A DNA stretch of 64,000 nucleotides, taken from an uncultured virus (IMG/VR IMGVR_UViG_3300025133_000079) (lineage: Duplodnaviria; Heunggongvirae; Uroviricota; Caudoviricetes). Position 1 is the stretch's first letter, and every line of letters starts with the position of its first letter. This document shows, piece after piece, positions 27,959 through 36,372 of the stretch. Location of the stretch: IMG/VR virus record IMGVR_UViG_3300025133_000079. One strand, written 5' to 3'. The notes under the pieces were generated by a model. It saw only the letters and a list, made by a program, of their open reading frames with translations, was not told the origin of the DNA and searched no databases. A program made the translations under genes and the position numbers.

Positions 27959-28523
27959 TATACATTGGCAGCACAACCAGAGCATCGTTGAGAACTTCGA
28001 CAGGGAAACAAACCAGCGCGACTTACTGTCCGCAACCTTGAGGGTGATGGCTGATCGGTTCATCTCAACAGTAGGCAAGCTGCACCTCAGAACCATCAAC
28101 CAAAAGCAAGCGTTCGAGTTGGTTAAGAAATGGCACAGGCATCACAAGCCTCCACAAGGATGGAAGTTTGGCGTGGCATTACAGGATGACATAGGTGTAC
28201 TGGGTGTCACCACCGTAGGTCGGCCTGTCTCACGAAACCTAGATGACGGGACCACCTTCGAGATCACAAGGCTTGCAATGATGGACAAGGGAATAAAGAA
28301 CGGTGCATCGATGTTGCTTGGAGCTGCCTGTCGTGCGGCCAAGGCTACTGGTGCAGAGAGAATCATTAGTTACACCTTGGATGAGGAGGATGGTGTTTCA
28401 TACAAGGCGGCAGGATTTCATGTTGACCACATAACAAAGGGTCAGTCATGGGATAGGGACAGTAGAGAGAGAGAAGATAAGCACCCGACCTGTGACAAGA
28501 AGCGGTGGGTGAAACAACTATGA
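27948..28523 (+). CDS. XF1762/Mom-like GNAT-fold protein
   Basis: HRHHKPPQG.KF, VGRPVSRNLDDG.T.EITRL, SYTL..E.G.S.KAAGF. Confidence 0.8.
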   Translation: MVNDIHWQHNQSIVENFDRETNQRDLLSATLRVMADRFISTVGKLHLRTINQKQAFELVKKWHRHHKPPQGWKFGVALQDDIGVLGVTTVGRPVSRNLDDGTTFEITRLAMMDKGIKNGASMLLGAACRAAKATGAERIISYTLDEEDGVSYKAAGFHVDHITKGQSWDRDSREREDKHPTCDKKRWVKQL

Positions 28524-28778
28524 TTGAATACAGAGGAACACTAAAGGAAGCGTTGAAGGCGGTCTTCGAGGATCATCCCGATTGCTTGGTAGTGATGGGT
28601 GTAAGTCGGTACGGTGCGCCCAAGCTAAAACCGCAGGATCACGCAGCCAGGCCAACGGGATATGTGAACACCACTCCTGACCACTACCCTAATGGAGTGA
28701 TAGTGAACGAAAAACAAATGGATGATCTTGAGATGTATTACATAGGCCGCTTCAGCACGAACTTGAGGAACATATTAA

Positions 28779-29351
28779 ATGTATACGACAGAAACACAGA
28801 CCCTGATCTCTTACCCTTGCAGACCTATTAACGGAGGGCCGCTGGACAATCCGCTCCCGAAGCTGGGCCGCTGGGCATACGAGGCAAAGTACAACGGATG
28901 GAGAGGGATGCTTCACTTGGATTCTGGCAAGATGTGGAACAGACACGGCTCGCCCCTGACCATACGGGATAACTTTGCTGTTGCCATTGCCAAGGCGAAG
29001 AACACCTTCAAGGATTACGAGTGGTTGGATTGTGAGGCCATGCACATGAGGCACAAGAAGGCCAAGGGTACGCTCGTAGTGCTGGACATAATGAAGGAAG
29101 GGGAATACTGGGAGCGCAGGGCAGAGATGGAGAATCACTTGCCGACCATGCCCATAGGCGAGTTCAAAACCAATGGACTCTTCTGTTCCCACAGGTCTGC
29201 GGATGGACAGGGATTGTATGATGAATTACAGGGAGTCGATGCTGAGTTCTACGAGGGTGTGGTAGCCAAGAAAATTGAAAGCATCTACCCCATACAACTA
29301 GAGAATCCTAACAGAGAATTTTCTCAATGGGTAAAACACCGTTGGGACTAG
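28779..29351 (+). CDS. ATP-dependent ligase-like nucleotidyltransferase, adenylation domain only
   Basis: EAKYNGWR (I), LDCE (III), VLDI (IIIa), EGVVAK (IV), WVK (V), then stop. Confidence 0.75.
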   Translation: MYTTETQTLISYPCRPINGGPLDNPLPKLGRWAYEAKYNGWRGMLHLDSGKMWNRHGSPLTIRDNFAVAIAKAKNTFKDYEWLDCEAMHMRHKKAKGTLVVLDIMKEGEYWERRAEMENHLPTMPIGEFKTNGLFCSHRSADGQGLYDELQGVDAEFYEGVVAKKIESIYPIQLENPNREFSQWVKHRWD

Positions 29352-29523
29352 GGAGTTAGGGAGTAAGGATCGTGGCGCAGCGTCACACCAGCTAGGCATA
29401 ACTAGCCCCATTACTACGCTGAACGCTTGGAAATCCTGTAGAACAAAGCCATGTTTTTTTGCTGGTGAATATTTCCGTGGCTTCTATGTTCGCTCCCCTT
29501 CTTCTACAAATGAAAGCATAACA

Positions 29524-30030
29524 ATGAAAACAACAACAGAAAATGTAGGCTATGTCGCTGTTGATTCGGGTCAGTTAATGATCTGTGATCCCTGCTACAT
29601 AGAGAGCATGTGGAAAGCTGATGCCGAGTACAACAGCGTCCGCAAGTACAGGTCGAAGGATGGAAACATCTACGCTTACGGAGAAGAAGGCGGCGATATG
29701 TTAGGCGATGTTAAAGAAACATTCACGGCATACGACAAGCCACTCAAGGCAACAGGCAAGACACCCAACGAACTCATGCAAAGCGGGGATTGGGAACCGA
29801 TAGACCCTGCTGAATACGACGAGCAAGTTGGTGAGTTCTCTTATGCTGGTGCAAGCAAGGCAACCTTAACCAAGGATAGGTGTGGGCCGCTTCGTTTAGC
29901 GCAAGGACATGAGGGTGCTGGCTTTGCCTTCTCTACCTATGGTGATGGAATGTACAGCGTCAACGTAACCAAGGATGAGAATGGAATGATAACCAAGGTA
30001 GAGATCGTAGTGAAGGAGGAGGCAGCATGA
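29524..30030 (+). CDS. DUF4241-like hypothetical protein
   Basis: VAVDSGQLMICDPCY ... YGDGMY.V. Confidence 0.6.
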   Translation: MKTTTENVGYVAVDSGQLMICDPCYIESMWKADAEYNSVRKYRSKDGNIYAYGEEGGDMLGDVKETFTAYDKPLKATGKTPNELMQSGDWEPIDPAEYDEQVGEFSYAGASKATLTKDRCGPLRLAQGHEGAGFAFSTYGDGMYSVNVTKDENGMITKVEIVVKEEAA

Positions 30031-31688
30031 AAAAATACAGAACAATAAACACGTTTGAAACACTCGGTGATGAAGTGCCAATAGAACACGACACACTTGA
30101 TGAGGCGATAGAATGTGCCTTGTCTGGTGCGGATCAAATAGTTGAAATGATAACTGAAAACACCCCCCCTTACCTCAAGAGGGATGGCGACCACATAGTT
30201 ATCGAGGAGGAGTACAGGAGCAGTAGTCAGACAGGCTGCTCGCATGAGGTAGAATGGTGGAATGAACTTTATGAGGATGTAAAAGAGATAGGGAAGTTGC
30301 CTGTTGATGGATACAGGGTAGAGGGAGCCGCCCGTTCAGTCATAGACCGAGCCGCACGTTCAGTCATAGACCGATTGGTTTCTACCCCTAACTTCAACGG
30401 CGAAGCCACCCCTCTTCAGATACAAATACTTAATGAGGAAAGCGGTGAGTACGATTCGCCAGAGTTCCAAGCCTATGAGAGAGGCGAAGGGTTCGGGGAT
30501 AACAGGACGATAAGGGTTAAGTTTGAGGATGGGCCTTTAAAGGAAGCAATACGAGAAAGCGGGTTATCAAACAATATAGCTCACAGCGAGTTGACCGAAA
30601 GAGGCAAGAGAGTTATTCAAATAAAAAAGATTGGCTACGGGGATAGTGCTTTATCTTTGGTTGAGTATGATGATTTTACCGCCATGATTTACACTAATGG
30701 CGACCCTATTGAATGTGAAAGCTGGGAGCATGGCTTGGAATTATTGCGGGAGAACCAAGCATGAGTGCATACCACATGGAGGCCGCTCTTGTATCCATCA
30801 GACATGACATCGAGCGGATCAACGACAAGCAGCAGCTCAACCTAATCCTTACCAGCACCTCACCAGAGGCAGAGCAAGGCAGGGTATTGGTCGAGGCAAT
30901 GAGTCAGTTCTTAAAAGTTATTAACCACGCATTAACGAGAAAGGAAACAGCATGAAAGCAGAACAGCTAAAGGATAAGAAGTTCGTTGCCCTCTACCTAT
31001 CGGAGAGATGGGGTACAGTAGAGCGGTTCAAGATTCAACGGCACAAGGCAGTCGGCAACTGGTTGTTTGTCAAGTGTCAGGAGAAATACTTCTACGATGA
31101 GGATGACTACATTGGCAAGAACCCTACCTATGTCTACCCAATCCCCCTGCATAACGGGACGGTGAGCGGAGAAATATGGGACGAGCTTGACCCCGACACA
31201 TTCGATTGGTCAAAGGTCAAAGAAGTAGCAGACGAGCTAGACAAGGATAACCCTGAGCTGAACGACTAATTATTATGAGTGAAGCAATAAAGTTAACACC
31301 AGTAACAACTGCCGCTGGTCAAACAGAAGGAAGGGCAGACTACAAGGGTTGCGAGTTGGCGTTCAGTACGGACAGATCAACTTTGCAGATACACAAGGGC
31401 GACGAGGTAGAGGTATGGAGGGTTGGTGAGTTCGATTACAACGATAGCGCAATGCTTCGGCACAAGGCTCAGTATCTTAATGATACGCTGGGCGAGGATG
31501 GGTTGACTGCTGGCTGGGAGGATGAAGATTGGGAGCCGATAGACGCACACGCTGCTAGGTATCACATTGCCAGCAACCGTGAACTGTGGAGGGAGTACTT
31601 CGATCCCGACGAGAACTACACAGACGAGGATTGGAAGAACGAGCCGGTAGCGGACAGGGTTAAGACAATGGAATCGCTGGCGGTTTAA
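30027..31688 (+). other. Last early hypothetical genes (30027-30764, 30761-30955, 30952-31269, 31275-31688)
   Basis: Coupled acidic ORFs; 24-bp tandem duplication at 30325-30372. Confidence 0.6.
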
Positions 31689-31740
31689 CTACCAGAACCA
31701 AACCATGTAGTCCTCATCGGGGTAGTCTTCTGGTAGGATG

Positions 31741-32004
31741 TCATGCGTGTTTCCACTCTTCACCTTCGTCATCTTCTTCCTCCTCCTCCTCCTCCTCTTC
31801 CTCTTCATCTTCGTAGACATACTCACCTTCAGGCAAATCCTCTGCCGTTGCTGAACCCCACAGCAATTGGTTAAGGTACATCGCCTTGGCTATCTCAACG
31901 GAGCCTACGACCTGTGCGTTGGTGAGATCGAACTCCTTGGTGGAATAGTCAATAGCATTAACCAGCATCTTGACTAGCGCAGCACATTGATCTCCCTTGT
32001 CCAT
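31741..32004 (-). CDS. Small protein with poly-Glu tail
   Basis: 87 aa; divergent from the late operon. Confidence 0.65.
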   Translation of the reverse strand: MDKGDQCAALVKMLVNAIDYSTKEFDLTNAQVVGSVEIAKAMYLNQLLWGSATAEDLPEGEYVYEDEEEEEEEEEEEDDEGEEWKHA

Positions 32005-32055
32005 CTCCGTATCATTCCACCCCGCTCTCAGGATTCAAGGGTAATATAAATTCCT

Positions 32056-32084
32056 TTGACACGGGGAATGTTTCCGTTACCCTA
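32056..32084 (+). promoter_or_regulatory. Late-operon promoter with GTTACCCTA
   Basis: TTGACA at 32056-32061; GTTACCCTA at 32076-32084. Confidence 0.6.
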
Positions 32085-32089
32085 AGTTT

Positions 32090-32611
32090 ATGCGAGCAAC
32101 ACGGTTGTTCTGGGAGAGGGTGCGGGATTTTCCCCCTGTACTATGCCGACTCCTGGCTAAACACAATGCTCCACCGAGAACTTGGGAAGCCTTATCGCAT
32201 GAGGATATTGCCAAGCGCAGTGGGTTGGATGTGCTGGAGATAATGGCTTTGTCTAGGCGCACAAGCTGGGACGGGGTGGACTTGATAAGGTTCCGCCAGT
32301 TCACACAGGCTTGCGGCATCGACTTTCTTAATGCCAAGCACATGGTAAGAGTAAGGGACTATGTAAGGAAGCGAGGGAGGTTTGCCTATCTAAAGCGCGA
32401 CCCTCTTTGGGAGTCCTACTATAGCCCGTTGATAAATATTTGGAGGGATTCTTATGCTAGAAGAACAGGATTGGGAAAAGATTCGGAAACGAGTGGAGGA
32501 CAACAAGTTCGTTCAGAGCCACACAAGGAAAACAGAGGAAAAGAAAGAGGAAATCACGGAGAGAGAGGAGAGGAAGAAGCAATTACATCAGGACATAAGG
32601 GATTACAATGA
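32090..32611 (+). CDS. Hypothetical protein, possible HTH
   Basis: LSHEDIAKRSGLDVLEIMALS. Confidence 0.55.
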   Translation: MRATRLFWERVRDFPPVLCRLLAKHNAPPRTWEALSHEDIAKRSGLDVLEIMALSRRTSWDGVDLIRFRQFTQACGIDFLNAKHMVRVRDYVRKRGRFAYLKRDPLWESYYSPLINIWRDSYARRTGLGKDSETSGGQQVRSEPHKENRGKERGNHGERGEEEAITSGHKGLQ

Positions 32612-32837
32612 CCAGATCAGGCTGCTGAACGGCAAGGTTAGGTCAGCACAGGTCAACATTAACGCCCAAGACAGGGCTATCCTCGCGAGGCAGAAAAGGA
32701 TTGCAGAGATTAAGCTGAAGGCAGAGAAGATTAGGGAAGGTATAATAGAAAGGCAGGAAGAGATAGCACTTAAAAGAAAGCGAAGAGAGTTTAGGCAGAA
32801 AGTATTAAAAAATAAGGTAGCAGAAATATGGAACTAA
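32454..32837 (+). CDS. Coiled-coil hypothetical protein
   Basis: K/E/R-rich helical ORF. Confidence 0.6.
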   Translation: MLEEQDWEKIRKRVEDNKFVQSHTRKTEEKKEEITEREERKKQLHQDIRDYNDQIRLLNGKVRSAQVNINAQDRAILARQKRIAEIKLKAEKIREGIIERQEEIALKRKRREFRQKVLKNKVAEIWN

Positions 32838-33679
32838 TAACCAAAGCACTAGATAAGTATCTGGAATGGGAAGAAGCAACCGGCAATTCAGATAACACGA
32901 TCAACAATAAATACTACGAAGTCCACAGGTTTATGGATGACATGGGTATAAAGAAGTTGAGCAAGATAACCGAAGTCACCCTTCATAACTGGATAAATAA
33001 AGCAGGAGGGGAAACGACAGCATCAACAAGAAAGTTCAAGCTCTCTTGCCTCAAGATGTTTCTTAACTATTGCTTGGCCAAAGGTTGGGTGAAGGGAAAC
33101 CCTGCCATTATGGTTAGGGTAGACATCAGGTCGGTAAGACACGCCCAACGAGAGACAAAGAAGAAGCTGGCATTCGACAAGGCAGAGTACCGATACCTGT
33201 TGAGCAACTTGGATTGGGCTTGTGACACGGGTAGAAATGATGGGCCATGCCCTAACTTTTGGAAGGCCGCTATCGTTATAGGTGTAGAAACTGGACTGAG
33301 ACTTGGTGACATCATTCAACTGGAGTGGGATTGTTTCACCCCCAGATCAGTCAATGTATGGACAGACAAGAAGGATAAGCGGGTATCCCTGCCGATGAGT
33401 ATGGAATTGCGCGAGGCTATCAAGTCCATCAAAAAAACCAGCAAACACTATCTGTTCCCGGTGCAAAGGTCAGAGTTTCTAGGCGGCAACAGGGCAAAGT
33501 ATTCCATGCAGTTCAATCGACTGCTCAAGAAGTTGGAGTTCGAGGGCATGAGTTTCCATTGTACTAGGGTGACTTTTGCTACTTGGGCGAAGAAAGCCGG
33601 GGGCAACCTAGCTAAGATTGCAGAAGACTTGGGGCATAGCACTACAAATACTACCTCCAAGCATTACATAGCTGGATGA
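32828..33679 (+). CDS. Second tyrosine recombinase (XerC/D-size)
   Basis: TGLRLGDI, K, FHCTR, LGH and HY give a complete catalytic set; SAM-like N-domain; 283 aa. Confidence 0.9.
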   Translation: MELITKALDKYLEWEEATGNSDNTINNKYYEVHRFMDDMGIKKLSKITEVTLHNWINKAGGETTASTRKFKLSCLKMFLNYCLAKGWVKGNPAIMVRVDIRSVRHAQRETKKKLAFDKAEYRYLLSNLDWACDTGRNDGPCPNFWKAAIVIGVETGLRLGDIIQLEWDCFTPRSVNVWTDKKDKRVSLPMSMELREAIKSIKKTSKHYLFPVQRSEFLGGNRAKYSMQFNRLLKKLEFEGMSFHCTRVTFATWAKKAGGNLAKIAEDLGHSTTNTTSKHYIAG

Positions 33680-34338
33680 ACCTGACTAACGGCGAACGCA
33701 AAGCGATACACCTTGCATTGGAGGAGGCCAACGGTGTGGTGGATACAGCGGCCAAGCTCGTCGGCGTCAGCCATTACAAGGTTACGAAGTTAATCAAGAC
33801 TGACCCAGAGTTTAATGCCAGATGGGGCAACGGGGAGGTCAAGGTTCCCACCTCAACGGATGTGATCCATCGCCCTGATCCCGCTGATAAGTTTGTAGCC
33901 AAGCTCAAGGAGGAGGAGGCCGCACTAGGCAGGGGGCTTGAGGCCGTGGGTATCAAGGGTGAGTGTAAGCAGGAGGCCATAGCCACATCAGCTTTTGCGG
34001 CAGCACACCTCGGCCAGATGAGGCAGATGACCACGGGCGGATTGCTCAAGGATTTCATGGAGCTAGGTGTGGTGTTCAGGGAAATTAGGGGTGAACTGGC
34101 AGAGGGACAGGAGCAGGATAGGGAGCAGACCTTGTATGATGCCCTGTTTAATACTGTTAAATTAAGGAACGAGATCAACAGGGAGGTCATCAAGGGTGCG
34201 CTGATTGATGCACAGATAAAGCAGAAGTCCGAGGAGCAGCAAGGGAAGAGGCCATCAGGCAAGCCGGGGTTTGCCCCCATGAATAACATTTTGATTAAGA
34301 CCGATGGTAAGGTCGAGGTCAGCAAGGATGCCAAGTAA
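33676..34338 (+). CDS. Putative terminase small subunit
   Basis: N-terminal Fis-like HTH (ALEEANGVVDTAAKLVGVS); directly upstream of TerL. Confidence 0.6.
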   Translation: MNLTNGERKAIHLALEEANGVVDTAAKLVGVSHYKVTKLIKTDPEFNARWGNGEVKVPTSTDVIHRPDPADKFVAKLKEEEAALGRGLEAVGIKGECKQEAIATSAFAAAHLGQMRQMTTGGLLKDFMELGVVFREIRGELAEGQEQDREQTLYDALFNTVKLRNEINREVIKGALIDAQIKQKSEEQQGKRPSGKPGFAPMNNILIKTDGKVEVSKDAK

Positions 34339-35839
34339 AACCAACCTGTCTGAAGAGGAGATTGAGGCCATTGCTTCTGCTGTAATGGATACTGAACCGG
34401 CTCCAGCTCGAACAGAGTGGTATCCTGACCTGAACAAAACCCAAGAGAAAATTTTTAACGACCCGTCAAAGTATGTGTTGGGATACGGTGAGAAAGGTAG
34501 CGGTAAGACGATAGGTTTTGCCCACAAGCTGACCCGACACGCCTACGAAGAGAACAATGCCCTAGTCCTTATCCTTGCCCCTTCAATCCGTACAGGTGCG
34601 GAGGGTATCTGGCATGATCTGGACACGCTGGTACTCCCTCAATGGGAGGAAGGCATAGGACTAGAGTACACGGTATCCAAGCTCGACCCCAATACCAAGG
34701 ACAGACACAGGTGGATACGCAATCGGTTCGGGGGCTGGAGCAAGTTGCTTCTGGTTTCGATTCCCTACGCAGGGGCAGTCGAGACTAGGATCAAAGGCCC
34801 AGCCCCCAGCCATTGCTATGTAGATGAGCTTACCCAATGTGATGGAGTGGAATACTTCCGTTACCCTGCGGCCCAGTTAGGTAGGCGCAGAGGGATAGAG
34901 GGGCCACAACAATACTGTGCCAGTTGTAACCCTGAAGGCCCAAGCCATTGGGTTTACAAGCAGTTCTTCGAGGATTGCATAGATGACAAGGGTAAGCGCG
35001 ACAAGAACTTCAAGATTTACCATGTACCCATGCGGGAGAACGCCAAGCGGTTGCCTCCCGGCTATGTCCAGAGTCTTGAAGCTATCCTCAAGTCAGACCC
35101 AATTGAGTGGCGCAGACTCATTGAGGGTGAATGGGTGGACAGGCCCACAGGTGAAGCGTTGTTCAAGGAATACTTCTCGCCTGAACTACACAAGAAAGGG
35201 GACGAGATAAGCGGTAAGGGACTCATGCCCAAGCCGGGGCATCCCATCATCATAGGGTATGACTTGGGCCAGGTGTACTCTGCCGTGACCTTCCTTCAGA
35301 TGATACCAACCGAGAGGGGAAACCTTTGGATCGCGTTCGATGAGGTGGATTATCTAGGTGAACGCCACCTGTACAAGCGGCTGGCCCAGCAGATAATGAA
35401 GCGCATGGACTATTGGAACGAGAAGATGGACACCGAGTTCTACTATGAACATATCACCGACTCTAGTGCTATCAACCAATGGCATCCCGGCGGTGAAGGA
35501 AGCTACGATAGCTGGGACTTTGAGAGATACAGCGATGGGAGGATCAGGATGGTTGGATGCCCCAAGGGGCAGGGCAGCGTCGAGGCGAGGGTCAGACTGC
35601 TATCAGGCAAGCTCTTTCAGGATGAGTTCTATGTGTCGGCAATGTGTACCAACTCTGTGGATATGCTAATGAATCTGGAATCTGACAAGAAAGACCCAAC
35701 CAAGCCCAAGCGGAGCAAGTATATCCACAAGTTTGACTCCATTACCTACCCCATGTTCAAGCTGGATTTGAATAATAACTCAAGGTTGCCGAAGGCAGCG
35801 GACGCAAGGCCCAGTTTAATTCATTGCGGAATACCTTGA
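34328..35839 (+). CDS. terL: Terminase large subunit
   Basis: Q motif, GEKGSGKT, YVDE, SCNP, GYDLG nuclease Asp, H.FD...Y. Confidence 0.9.
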   Translation: MPSKTNLSEEEIEAIASAVMDTEPAPARTEWYPDLNKTQEKIFNDPSKYVLGYGEKGSGKTIGFAHKLTRHAYEENNALVLILAPSIRTGAEGIWHDLDTLVLPQWEEGIGLEYTVSKLDPNTKDRHRWIRNRFGGWSKLLLVSIPYAGAVETRIKGPAPSHCYVDELTQCDGVEYFRYPAAQLGRRRGIEGPQQYCASCNPEGPSHWVYKQFFEDCIDDKGKRDKNFKIYHVPMRENAKRLPPGYVQSLEAILKSDPIEWRRLIEGEWVDRPTGEALFKEYFSPELHKKGDEISGKGLMPKPGHPIIIGYDLGQVYSAVTFLQMIPTERGNLWIAFDEVDYLGERHLYKRLAQQIMKRMDYWNEKMDTEFYYEHITDSSAINQWHPGGEGSYDSWDFERYSDGRIRMVGCPKGQGSVEARVRLLSGKLFQDEFYVSAMCTNSVDMLMNLESDKKDPTKPKRSKYIHKFDSITYPMFKLDLNNNSRLPKAADARPSLIHCGIP

Positions 35840-35870
35840 ATGTTACCCTAAAATTGAGTAGTAAACAGGA

Positions 35871-36131
35871 ATGGTCAACATGACGGACAAAGTAGTTTTA
35901 GACCTGGCCGACAACGAGGAGCTGGCTGAGTACATAGGAAGCAAGGCTCCCGGTGATGAGTGCAAGATGGAAATTACTGCCACATTGGACGAAACAACTG
36001 ACGAACAGGCTGTCTTCTCCATCAAGGATGTATCTGTGGAACACGCCGAAGCAGACTACGAGGAGGAGGCCGAGGATGAAGAAGAATCTCCAGTAATGGC
36101 GGTAATGGGCGGCAAAAAAGATAGCTACTAA
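35871..36131 (+). CDS. Small acidic protein
   Basis: 86 aa; preceded by TGTTACCCTA at 35841. Confidence 0.65.
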   Translation: MVNMTDKVVLDLADNEELAEYIGSKAPGDECKMEITATLDETTDEQAVFSIKDVSVEHAEADYEEEAEDEEESPVMAVMGGKKDSY

Positions 36132-36372
36132 CACCACAACTTTCCTGCTTGAGAGAATCCACGACAAGGCTGGTGTTCTCAGGGGCTGGGATAGGGACAG
36201 GGTTAAAAGATGTTGTGCTTTTTTAAATGTAACGGTGGAAGAACTGGCAGCCCGAAGCTGCATCCCCGTGGGCAGACTCAAGGGTTGGATGAGGACAGGC
36301 AGGGTTCCCTCCTACATCGCCCTGCTGTTTTACCTACAGGAACGCTCTGAAGTAGAGACTAGATATGATTGA
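36121..36372 (+). CDS. HTH-like ORF lacking a canonical start
   Basis: Frame open 36106-36372: ...RVKRCCAFLNVTVEELAARSCIPVGRLKGWMRTGRVP...; fills the gap before the portal gene. Confidence 0.5.
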   Translation: MATNTTTFLLERIHDKAGVLRGWDRDRVKRCCAFLNVTVEELAARSCIPVGRLKGWMRTGRVPSYIALLFYLQERSEVETRYD

